From Psammoneis japonica (lineage: Eukaryota), in contig QPGO01000227.1 in assembly GCA_008632985.1 (NCBI GenBank), forward strand, positions 1 to 64,000: DNA of 64,000 bases. The letters run 5' to 3'. The first letter of the stretch is position 1; each line of letters opens with the position of its first letter. Below the pieces are notes generated by a model. The model was not told the DNA's origin and made no database searches. It was given only the letters and a program-made list of their open reading frames with translations. Of the stretch, positions 11,501 to 23,800 are shown one piece after another. The translations under genes were made by a program, and so were the position numbers.

Positions 11501-12152
11501 CCCACAATTGCATTGTCTTGCCGCTTGCATTTGCGCAACCTTGTTTGGACAGCCTTCGGCATTTCGAAAAAAACTGCTTCCTCCACTGCTGATTTTGGAT
11601 CTTCTGCCAGTGCATCCATTTCAAATGCATCATTCCCCAAACACCAATTCAACCACTGAATGTCTTTTGCCGGAAGAGCGAATTCATGATTGGAGTCGAA
11701 GATCCAACCACCATGCAAAGCAATGCAGTGATTGTTTGTCAACCGACAAAGAACAATGTCATCGGCAACTGTTGCGTGCTGCAGAAAAGGCCGGGCTTGT
11801 TGGCAAAACATTGGTGACTCGCAAACGCCTGCATGCCTGGAAATCGTTGGCCCCGACAACCATGCCAAGCAAGAAGAGTTGACCCACAATTGCACTGTCT
11901 TGCCGCTTGCGTTTGCGCAACCTTGTTTGGACAGCCTTCGGCATTTCGAAAAAAAAACTGCTTCCTCCACTGCTGATTTTGGATCTTCTGCCAGTGCATC
12001 CATTTCAAATGCATCATTCCCCAAACACCAATTCAACCACTGAATGTCTTTTGCCGGAAGAGCGAATTCATGATTGGAGTCGAAGATCCAACCACCATGC
12101 AAAGCAATGCAGTGATTGTTTGTCAACCAACAAAGAACGATGTCATCGGCAA
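11385..12152. repeat. Tandem duplication, about 381-bp unit x2
   Basis: caactgttgcgtgctgcagaaaaggccggg... starts at about 11386 and again at 11766. Both units end in tgtcatcggcaa. Confidence 0.92.
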
Positions 12153-15100
12153 TGCAGGTGGTCAAATCGAAGAATCCCCTCTTGCCAGCTGCCATTTTCT
12201 GACGCTTCTTGCATGCACGCCACTTCATTGATGCAGCCAGTGGAGGACAAAGCTTCTGCTTTTGTCCCAACAACATGCCAATGGCGAACTCCAACCATTT
12301 GTTGTTGGTGTTCTCTGATCTGCAAGAATGATCCGTGTGGTTCACAATGTGTCGCTCCATCCTTTCATCTCCAATGTAATTTGGGACACTGGCCAGGCTC
12401 GAAAACACGCATGTGTCTTTCTCCCCTTGTTGATGTTTGACTGGGGGTCCCGAGCTGGGAAATTCCAGCCCGCTTTTATCCAACACGTGACCCTCCGGCA
12501 GTCTGTGCCATTTCTTCCCTGGTTCCCAATCACACATGGCCTTGTACACTGTGGGACATCGCTGCTGAAAATTGGCTCTTGCCCACTCCATGGTGCAACA
12601 GGGCGGTTTCTTCCTTGTGCCAACCCCCACGAATGCTGGCGTTCCCTCCGGACCTTCAAAATCATCATCGGCTGCAAGCCCCTCCTTCGTTGGCTCCTTT
12701 GCTGTCAGCCATCTCACTTTGTGAACCTGACCATTGTTTGTCACGTGATCAGCTCTTTTGCCAATTTGCCTCTTTTGTCTGGCATTGAAAATCACTCTTG
12801 TGTCAGGTTTCTGTTCAGCTTCCTCAATTGCGGCTCGAACAAGGTTCATCAGCCCTCCTCCAATGTCCTTGTCATTCGTCGCTCCAAAATGGTCTTCAGC
12901 AAATGTTCTGCCGTGCTTGAAATCTTCGAACCATCCACACAAAACTGGTCCTTCACAATCAACAGCATCACCTGGCACCTCACTTTCATCCGGCCGTGTG
13001 GCCCGATCGACCCACTCAAAACCATGTAGCCGTTCCAATTCTTTGGCATCCTCACAGTGCGTCCTCGCCTCATGACGTAGATCTTGGTGTTTCTTGTCCC
13101 TGGCAGACAACACTTTTCTTCGTGACACAAGGAGACCTTGATCTTCTGGTTCCGATTCGGACTCCTCTTCCTCTGGGTCACCATCTCCCTCTTGTGGTTT
13201 CGGTTCCTTCTTTTCTCTCTTGTTTCCCCTGGCAGAGAATTTTTTGTCAAGCATCGCCTCCTTCGCCAGCTCTGTAAAACGACATTGTCGGAACAACCGA
13301 TTGATCTGGTGCCAATGCAGTTGTTCCGCTTCTTTGCACCAAATTGCAATGTGTCGCAAAGGTGGCAGAAAGAAATCCTTTTTGTTCAACCGCACTTGGC
13401 GTTTCTCTGGGTCCTTCAGAGTTTCTCTGTCTTCTTGTGCAGCACCAACCAGCAGTTTGTACACTGCACTTTTGCTTTGTGCAGTGCAAATGGGGTGCTT
13501 GCCCGGAACACACATTGCATGATCACAGCAAGGTCCCGCAAGCGCTGAAAACAAAGTTGCTGCTGGTGACAGTCCACCTTGATCTTCCTGGTTGTAATCG
13601 ATGGGAAACACCATGTTGCACGTGTTGCACTTCAAACAGATGCTTTCAAGAAGTTGACATGTGGCTCCATCATCACCCAAAGGCATTTCCATTTCCATGT
13701 CTTCATCTGAATCGCTCCGACTCCGTTGGTGACACTTGGGGTTGAGAACATGCTTCCGGTCATCAGTTCCCAACTCCGCAGTTGCGTTGAACTTGCCCCT
13801 CACACATTTCGCTCTTTGAGCTAGCTCGGAAGTCCTCGATCGAAACGCCGCTCTTTTCCATGTTTCATCATTTGCTGATTCGCTCATTTGGCAGGAGAAA
13901 TTGACGCTTGCGGCAAACAAAGCCGTTGTCTCAAAATGTGACTTAACTTGGTTGGCGTCACTTGCACCCACGCAATGTTGGCAGGATTCGTAAATGCACT
14001 TTCCAATGTCAAACCATTGGTGTCCATCCATGTGTTTTTGCCAGGAATCTTTAAAAGAATCCAGTGTTGCATTGCCAACCATCACCACTGACGATTTGTA
14101 GATGAGGTCTTTCTCTTGATCCACCAAATCTTGGCATTGATCGGCGGGTCTCTTCTTGCTGCTCCAGAACCCAACACGATCTCGCCAATGTTTTACATTG
14201 CATTGGAAATCATCCTCTGTGTGAGAGATGGGCAACGCAATTTTTGCACAACGTGTGGTGACTCTGCGTTTCACCATCAGTGCCCCAGTGTTGTCTCCGT
14301 CCTCTTTGATCAAAGCACTCCAATTCCAATGGTGTCTTGCTCTTTCCCAAGAGGGCTCCTCATTCATTTCCTCTGTGATGTCCTCGAAACCCAAACTTTC
14401 ACAGTGGTGTTGTTTGAGCTTGACTTGACAATGCAGCATTGTGTCCCAAGTGCCAACAACCGTGTAGCCGACAGATTGAGCCAGGCTAATCAGGAAGGGG
14501 CACAACCCATGGTTGTGCACTTTGGCTCCTCTGTCGACTCGAACACAGTCAACAATTGTCACTGGCACCAATTCAATGCACCGATGCAACAATTCAGCGA
14601 CAAGATCAGTTGCCAGTTTGCCACTTTCTTGATTTTTTGGCATTGCACAAATTCCCAAAATGTGAGTGTGTTTGTTGTTCAACAAGTCGACAATGTCGCC
14701 TTCGTTTTCTTGATTAAATTCACAAAGAAGAAAATCCTTTACAGCTGCCCTTGCTTTTTTACTTGCTTCTTTGCCGAAGTCGGATGACAACCCCTTCTGG
14801 TTGTGATGCAACAAAATGCATTTCTTCCCGCGATTGTTCGGCCCGCGTCCAGAATTTGCCAGTGTTGTCAGTGATTTTGGTTCTGTGCTTGGGTTGACCA
14901 CGGCAAACAAGGGACAAGTGCGGTGGACATTGTCCCGCACACGCTTTGACATGTCATGTTTGACTGCATTCACGAAATGCCGGAGCTTGGTGGGAATGTG
15001 TTGAATGTCCCCCTCCTTGGATTTTGATGATTTTGGTAAAGAACCCGCATCTTTCTTTTCCTGAGAAGCATCATTGTCCATTTCCTTAGAATTCACAGCT

Positions 15101-15278
15101 TCCTTGTCCTCCTCTGATGTCCGCATTTCCTCCGGCATTTCCTCCTCCTCTTCTTCCACATCTTCTTCCTGGGAATTGTGGTTGTTCTCCCCTGTGACAA
15201 CCGGATTTCCTCATTCTCTTCTCGGGAAGCCACAACAGCCGCTTTGGCAAGAGCTTTCATTCCATTGTCCCTTGACAT
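11497..15278 (-). pseudogene. Large cargo gene C: GNAT acetyltransferase-like domain plus C-terminal papain-like peptidase domain
   Basis: GNAT-like segment IVDCVRVDRGAKVHNHGLCPFLISLAQ...HHCESLGF reads YYYESLGF after reverting TpA mutations (about 14380-14560). Papain-like Q-C-H-D pattern: QQGEKDTCVFSSLAS...NNHCIALHGGWIFDSN (about 12050-12440). The ORF is 1220 aa and its true start is uncertain. Confidence 0.6.
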
Positions 15279-15321
15279 CGCAGGCGAATCCTCGCTTCCC
15301 TTTGCTGCTGCCTTGTTTGCG

Positions 15322-16270
15322 TCAAACTGTGCAACACAACGAGGGTGCCCCAGCCAGTTCTCCAGGTCTCATTGTTGAAAACCCAATTGGCGGACTGTCG
15401 GTGGGCGACAGACGCGGAAATGCAGGGAAGAGACATGACAGACGGAGACGACCCACCGACAACAGTGGCCTTGGAACATGCATGTTCTTGACAATGTCAA
15501 GGAAAAAGGAGCTTGCGCCGTCTGCCAACACAACCCAGATCAGCCGGTCCCCTTTTCTTCAAACTGCACAACACAACGAGGGTGCCCCAGCCAGTTCTCC
15601 AGGTCTTGTCATTGAAAACCGATCAGCGGAATGTCACTGGGCGACGGACTGGCAGTCCCACTCGTCCGTTGCTGTGCAACCATCAGCAGTTGACGCGGAG
15701 ACACAGGGAAGAGACGCGACAGACGGAGACGACCCACCAACAACAGTGGCCTTGGAACATGTGTGTTCTTGACAATGTCAAGGAAAAAGGAGCTTGCCCC
15801 GTCTGCCAACACAACCCAGATCAGCCGGTCCCCTTTTCTTCAAACTGCACAACACAACGAGGGTGCCCCAGCCAGTTCTCCAGGTCTTGTCATTGAAAAC
15901 CGATTGGCGGAATGTCGCTGGGCGACGGACTGGCAGTCCCACTCGTCCGTTGCTGTGCAATTGTCAGCAGTTGACGCGGAGACACAGGGAAGAGATGCAA
16001 CAGACGGAGACGACCCACCGACAACAGTGGCCTTGGAACATGTGTGTTCTTGACAATGTCAAGGAAAAAGGAGCTTGCGCCGTCTGCCAACACAACCCAG
16101 ATCAGCCGGTCCCCTTTTCTTCAAACTGTGCAACACAACGAGGGTGCCCCAGCCAGTTCTCCAGGTCTTGTTGTTGAAAACCGATCAGCGGAATGTCGCT
16201 GGGCGACGGACTGGCAGTCCCACTCGTCCGTTGCTGTGCAATTGTCAGCAGTTGACGCGGAGATGCAGGG
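15322..16270. repeat. Tandem repeat, 281-bp unit, about 3.5 copies
   Basis: tcaaactg..caacacaacgagggtgccccagccagttctccagg occurs at 15322, 15559, 15840 and 16121 (spacings 237, 281, 281). Confidence 0.95.
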
Positions 16271-16943
16271 AAGTTGCTGACTTTGTCTGCAACCAATTTC
16301 GTGGCAGTGCCTGATGATGATTGTAAAGAGTCAACGAAATGCAGCATGCACACCAAATCATCTGAGATGCGAGATAAAGAAACAACGCACAGACTGCGCC
16401 GTGAGCTCAGCATTGTTCTTGCAGCAGCGATGAAGTTTCGGTTCTGGTGGTGTCTTGCAATGAACCTTCACTAAAGGTCACAACATTGTCAACACTTGTT
16501 GACAAGTTGACAAGAATGACAACATGCAATGGAAGGATGAATGACAACAGCATTGCATGGGCAGCAAAGTTTGATGACAACAGCGGTGTCAGCGGCGGTG
16601 TCATGGATGCACTCTTTTCCGACATTTGTGTTGTTGCAACATGCGGCAAATGCAGTGATGTCATAGAAAAGAGGGGACTCATTTTCTTGTTGAATTCCAC
16701 AATGAGTGCAGAATTTTTGTGGTGTTCTGTTTGTGGCGCTGCAGGCGGCCACAACCAGTTGGCCACGTGAGGGGATGACATGCAAAATTCCGGATTCCGG
16801 TGTTCTGACTCACCCAACATGCATCATCTCTCAATCACGACCAGACAAAGGCGACATCATCATCGCACAATCACATTCTCGTGCAAATGACAAAGGAGTT
16901 GTGAAGCTGTTCTGCTCTCATTGTTTTTCATTGTAGCATCTGC

Positions 16944-19900
16944 TTGCTCAAATTCGAACCATCCATGCATCACAGAAAAGGCAAATGTGACGCTCCCGCT
17001 TGGAGCAGATCCGGCGCTCCCAAGGGAAGAAGGACAAGGAGTGCGCGTCCATCAAGAGATCCGCCGGGTCGCTTGATTCGTCAAAGATCCGAATCGCCTG
17101 TTCAAAGTTCCACAGGTCGGTTGTGGTCAAATCGAAACGACGGATCCAGGGAACGCAGACTGTCCAAACGGCGATGCAGGTCGAGGTCGAATTCCCGCCA
17201 ACGATGAAGGTGTCAATCGCCGTCCCGGTCTTGGTCAAGTTCTCGGTCTCGCTCTTTGTCAAGTTCTCGGTCTCGATCGCGTCATGGACCAGACATCGTT
17301 GTCGTTCTGGAACTTCTTCGCGTGGTTCTCCTTGTCGATCAAGGTCTCGTCATTCTGGGTCTGGGTCTCATTCTCGTCGAAGGCATCGGCGACGGTGTCG
17401 GTCACCATCCATGGGTTACCACAACTCAAGTTCCCGGCACAGTTGCAGGGAACGTTGTGGCGCTGTTCCCTGCTCTCCATGCAGGGATCACCAAGGTTGA
17501 TCGCAATCGCGGCAGAGGTCACGCCAAAGGTCTCCATCTAGTTCACCGCAATGGTCTCGTCAAAGGTCTCTGGATTCTTCCAACAAAAGGTCTAGATTGT
17601 CACCTCGGCGTAGACACAGGTCACCGCACAGGTCACCATCCAGGTGCAGGTCACCCTCCAGGTCAAAAAACAGGTCTCCAACAATGTTGAGGTCACCATC
17701 CAGGTGTCGGGGTCGATCGCGTGTTCGCAAACCCAGGCATTCGTTGCGCTCGCACAGGTTGGGTACATCGAGGAAATCTGAGAGTCGCGGTTGGGACAAA
17801 AGCCATCCTCCCGCACGTTCTGCAGACGACAGCATCTGCTCAAGGAGTTCAAGCAGAACAAGTCAACCTGCCAACAGTGGCACGGTCCCATTTTGTCAAA
17901 TGCGACTCCGCAGAAACAGAAGTGGCAGTCCAATCTCACACCGCACAAGATCTGCCACATCCAGGTCACGCAGCCTGGAATCTCCCCTGGGACGGTCTCC
18001 ACCTCCTCGCAAGCGAAGACCAGCAGACCAGTTGCTTTGCTTGCTGAGTGTGCAGCACATGCGGGAAGAAGCAAAACGCCATGAGGACTTGGCTTCTGTG
18101 CATCACGTCGAGGAACAATCAACAAACAGTGATGTCATTGATTCTGTTTTCTCAAGTCAGAGCGACCAATCATCATCGCATTGGCATGATGGCGCAGTTG
18201 TGTCAGCACTTCCCATTGATTTCTCTGATTCTGATTTGCCCAATGGAAGCAGAGACGAATCATCTGATTGCCATTCAAGCGCTTTTGAGGCAGCACTGCC
18301 CTTGCAGATGCAGCGTCCAACTTTCACTGGCAACTGCAAGACTCGGCGGGAGAAAATAGTGTTGTCCCGTTCCCTGCTGCAAGAAGAGAGCTTGCATGCC
18401 AAAAACATGTTCAATGTTGTTTTTGTGTTTGAGGAGATGATCAGTGCTTGCTTCCGCCACAATTCTGGAAAAGCCAAAGCACTTGACAATTTGGGGAAAC
18501 TGTCTGGAGAACGCAGGCAAAAGCATGCCACCCATCTGCATGTTGTCTTCCAGTCAAAACTGCAGGTTTGCTTGGCAAGCAGAGCAGACATCCCCCACTG
18601 CCAAGTGCCAATTCGGATTTGGCGTTGACACTTGGACAGGATGAAACTGACATCAAATGGTCCTTGTGTGATGTTGATTCCGACCATTGCAATGACTTCA
18701 TGTTGGTGCTTAACCACTTTCCAAACAAACACCCAATCCACCGCATTGACTGGGGCCGATCGCACGTGCTGATTGACAAATGCCATGAACGTGAGTCGAA
18801 AAGCAACCAGGGAAAGAAAACAAGGAAAGGCAATGTTGGCAAGAAAACTGGCAAGAGAAAACGTTTTCAGAAAAAGAAAAGCAACAAGCCCAAGAAAACT
18901 GGGACCCATCTTCAACCAAAGGACCACTTTGCAGATTTCGGCGTTTGCACCAACACAAGCACTACAAGGGAAGGCCATGCTGATGGTGTTGCACGGCCTC
19001 GAGTTGGGAAAGGGACTGAGGAAGCAATGCCTTTTTTGAGTCAATGTCTGAAATTGCGGAGACACTGAATCCCACTTTTACATCTAGATTGTGGCACGAT
19101 GAAGAGACAAAAAACCGACGTCAAGACCACGCGGGTTCATTGCCGGATGCCTCAGCAAATGATGTCGTGGAGGCACTGCGTCTGGCGAATGCCAAATTTG
19201 GCAAAATTACAGATTGCCACTTGGATGAATGCAACGGCCAAAACAAAGACATGACCCCAGTTTTGTCTGTTTCAAAAATCACAAATGATGGAGAAACAAG
19301 AGATGCTGTCATTGCTTGCACCCGCAGTTCTGTAGAAACTGCGGAGAAGAGGATTCGACTTGCCTTGCCCATCACAACATGAGCCATTCACACCTGCCAA
19401 AACTTGCCCGTGCACCGGCAACGACTGGAGCCGGCAATTGTCCATGATCACTTGACAGGATTTAAGGGACACAAAGGAATCAATGCATTAAAAGGCGACT
19501 GCAACATGGAACCAACGTCACACCACCAGCTCTTTCTACACTTCATTGTCGCAATGATTTGACAAATTCTCACTTACGTTGCCGCAGATTGTCGCTGTTC
19601 AGACTTGCTTTGAGGTGCACCCGGCGCAGTCACATTGCTTTGGAGCAGTTGCGTTGGTTCTTTTATCCGTTGATGCCTTCCAGCCACCAAGCGACCCCTG
19701 CGGATTGGGATGTCTCATTTGCGAAATGATGGTCCACGTAAAAGAGGCACATTCTAGAGGCATCCCTCTGCGATGTGCGTCACGCAGCAAGAGACCACCC
19801 TTGCCAACCAAGGCTGAATGGAAAAAACGGAATGATAAAAAGGGAAAGTGGATTTGCGACATTTGGAATGAGCATGCAAACAAGCCACAAAACAAAGACA

Positions 19901-20592
19901 TCGTCTCCATTTACAAGAAACTGATGAATCAGTTGTCTGAATTCTCCCCGCAATGTGACGTCTTGTGTCTCAATCATTCGATTGCGATCATGGCAGAAAT
20001 TGGCCAGCTTCCCATTTGGATGCTGCATTGTTGCCACTGCAAAAAGGATTCCCTCCCTAACACAAAAATTGCCGAAGAACATGGACTGGGCAAGATGGAC
20101 GATGCGGACATGTTCCGTTTGGCTCAAACCACACAGGGTGCATTCACCGTGCAGTTGAACAACCCCGGGGGTGATGACAAGAAAGACACTCACTTCACCA
20201 TTCATTTTGTTGAGAACATTCTTTGCAAAATGTTTCGCTTCTGGATCAGCAAAGGGAGGGTAAACTGCTGCGATGTCCATTTTGCAGGAATGTCATTTTT
20301 TGTTTTCCACGATGAGGCGAATTTTCTTTGTCACTTTGATGGTTCCAGTGACCCCGAAGAGCTGCCTCCCGGTGGACCAATCCAAAACTTTTCATGTGAA
20401 AGTGAGGAAAAAAAGATGGAGGAGATTGCCAAAGAACTGTGTGAGGACAATGATTGGGCCGGGTCGACCTGGGATCATGACCCCATTCAAATTGCATTTG
20501 AGTTCAATTTCAACAAACTGCTGTCTAATCCACCAGAGGCGATGTTGGACATTTTGGCCCAAAACAAAATGTCAAACGCAATGAGGGACTGA
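16944..20592 (+). pseudogene. Cargo gene D: RS-rich N-terminus plus globular region with HxD/RxxxxxYxR (2OG-Fe/TET-JBP-like?) and HhH-like ENILCK motif, frameshifted
   Basis: SRSRSPS repeats run about 17060-18010. Successive plus-strand ORFs 17597-18628, 18568-19068, 19044-19382 and 19579-20592 read as one decayed protein. Motifs are CHLDECN, RDAVIA(C/Y)TRSS and FVENILCKMFR. The domain identity is tentative. Confidence 0.45.
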
Positions 20593-20840
20593 TCTGTGTG
20601 GTTCCACTTCACAAAGAGAAAGAGGAACATGAAATGAGAGCAGATGCCCAGCTCGCATGTCCTTCTTGTCCCCCGCAGCTAGCTGCGTGTCGGCCACAAC
20701 AGCGCGTCTTTAAACAAAAGAGCATGTGCACTGCTCCTTCACGGGTCTGTCCACCATTGGAGCACGTGCACTGCTCATGCCATTGTCTCCCCCACACAGG
20801 CTGGATTGTCAACCGAGACGGATGACAGAGCAGTTGATGG

Positions 20841-23800
20841 TTAGCCGGCTGTCAACCAATCGCCGAAAATGTCCAAGCTGAGTTCCGTTTTCACAAAGCA
20901 TCCATCTCTGGTTCTTTCATTCCACAGATGGCTGACACAATAAAAGCTGTTTAGGAACGTTTCACCATCATCTTCCATCCTTGGCAATGCCAGCACAAAC
21001 TGATGTCCCAAACTGTTGCAAAGATCTGTTGCCGCATCAAATGATTTTCTCCTGTCTGTTGCTTGAACTGGCGCCATCCAACACAAGTCCAAAATTTCTT
21101 CACCTTCCTCATCCACAAATTCTAAAGCAACTGCAGTTGCAGAGGAGCGAGCAGCTCCTTTTTCACCCACTGGTCGAAACAACAACCACACAGTGCAATT
21201 GGACGACACAAGGCCAGCAAAGGGAAGGCATTGCTGTCTTGCCTCCAACAATGTGTTCCAGTTGCTGCAGATTTTGAAGATGCCATCTAGACGTCTGTTC
21301 TTTGATGAACCTTTCTCACTGTCACGTTCTAAAAGCCAAGAAATGGTTGCATGTTGGTGAATGTGACGCAAAGCGATTGTTTGCCAGTCTGCATTGCTGC
21401 GTTTGATGCTGACCTCTGGCCTCACAGTTTGCACACCACTTTCTCCAGAATCGTCACCCTCCCAATGCAGAATGGCCGGTCCATCATGTTGGTGGGATTC
21501 CGCGACTCCCAGCATTCCAAGTGAAACAGATTTCACAAAGTTCGCCTTTTTTTTCTTTTTCTTCTGAACTTCACCGTCGCCTTCTACGGCATCGTTGTCT
21601 GCCTCATCTGAGGGTGCTTTCATCAACCACATGTCCATCTCGACCATTGCATCCAAGCATGTCAAAACCATTTCGTGAAGGTCCCCAACAACACGCTCCG
21701 AAGACATGACTCGGCTCAGACAAGCTTGTGTGGCAGAAGCAAATCGAAGCAACATCCGTGACACACCTGCATGATCCGAGTGATTGTCCATCACCCGTTG
21801 TTGGTGAAGCGCAGGCAGCGCAACCACAACTTTTACTGTCCTTGCCCAAAAGAAGCAATTTTCACTGACCCAGGGACCTGTGCCCCACTTGCTGGTGGAC
21901 AGTGGATGAGCCGCAAAACATTTGGTTGATCGGAGGGACTGGATGGACCGCAAGCATTTGTTTGCTTGCTTTCCAAAGGTTGCCTGAAGCTCAAATCGAG
22001 AGAACAATTTGGACATCATTTCGAAATCACTTTTAACATTGCCCAGACCAATGGTGTGCATTGGTGCATGATGACAACGTGAAAGTGCTTTGGGATTGAG
22101 CCAAGGTGCTGGATGTGTTGGGCAAGGCAGATTGCATTTTGCAGCTGCGTGCACTGTGTCGATGTGGCGTTGGATGACGGCACAAGTACGAAGATGGGCC
22201 GTGAGGTTAGCTTTGGTCCAAAAGCGCTTGGCACTTGGGGTGCCCGGCGGATGTGTTCTCATGTTGTGATGCGCAAACACGATCGCTTGCTGCAACCAGG
22301 GAACAGTGAGTTTGATGGAGGCCAACCATTGTCTTGGGGCGGCCACACGTTGGCGTTTGCGTCTGCGACGAGAAGAATCGGTCGATGTGGATGGATCTGT
22401 GGCCAAGTCTTGAGTGGATTGGATGTCATGTGCCGACGGGTTGAAGACAGTCACTTCCCTGCCAGTGGGAGGTTTTGGTGCACCTTCGCGTTGGTCATGT
22501 GAACAGGGGCAGTCAGCCGGAGCCAGAAAACGAAACGCAGTGTCGAGCACATTCCAGGATGCACAAGCATTGTGTGGACATGTGCTAGAAACAGGAGGAA
22601 CGTTGATTGCAACTGCGCCATCCACTGGTGCTCCTTCTTCCTGTGAATTGTCGGCGACATCAGAAGGATCCTCGGACGTGCTAAAATGGTTGCTCACATG
22701 TGCTTTGCAACAGAGCTGACAATGAGGCAAGTGATTGAAAGAACAGTTTCCATCTACATGGCAGGCATGTTCCCAAAACGTTGAACAGCTGCCATTGTGG
22801 TCTCCAACACGAAACATGCAGGAACGTTCAGGCCGATCCACACAAACACTGAGTTTGCCAGCTTTAACCCGTGTGAGCTTCTGCAGTCCGCCATGGTAAA
22901 ACCAATGGCTTTCTTCAGACAATGACTGCAGTTCGCGCTCAAATGTTGTCTCCACAACTTCATGATTTTCTCCCTTGGACGACATTGCCATGAAGTGGGT
23001 GTGGCGTCCACTGGAAGAATTGGGAGGAGGGCAGCAGGTGTGCGTGTTGAGCCACACTTGATTGCATGACTTCTTCGTGCCGTTGGGATCGAAGTCATCA
23101 CGCCATTCTTGCACCCAAAGACACAACACAAAACCGTCGACATCTTCTTTAAGTTCCATGAACAAGGAATGCACCGCCGGTGTGCGCGAAATGGCAGGTT
23201 GTGAATCTTGAACAATGACGTCCGCATCAAAATAGAACTTGTCAAATTGCGTGGCTTTTGCCAACTCATTTGCAAGCACGTCTTTAAAGGAAACACAGGA
23301 ATGACTGCCATCATCGGTTTTCCTGGGAACAGGATGAGGCAAATTTGGCACAATGGCACGTTTGCTGGACAAATGCAACATTTCAAAATCTTTCACAGAA
23401 GTGGGGACACGAGTCCGACGAAAAATGGACAAGTCTGGATCACGGCTGTTTGTGGCTTGCAGCATGCATTCTGCCAACAATTCACGTTGTTTCTTGGTGA
23501 GTTGTGAAAGCAGGCTAGCCATCACAAGTGAAAAATGTGCCTCTTCTTTGGTCACCTCGGTGACGGGCAATTCGAAAGCGTCAGCTGTCAATTTCTGGAT
23601 GCCTTGTCCGGGGTGCGAATGCTCGTACCAAAAAAAGGCCGGGCTGTTGGAGTCCGGATCAAAGCCTTGTCGGAGATCATCAACACGCAATGGAGGACGT
23701 GAGCCGGCATCATTGACGTCGTAAATCCAATCATCTTGGTTGGAAGGCTCCTTGCTCTCGGAAACAGAGGCGTCATTGTCATCGTTGCACCAACATTCGT

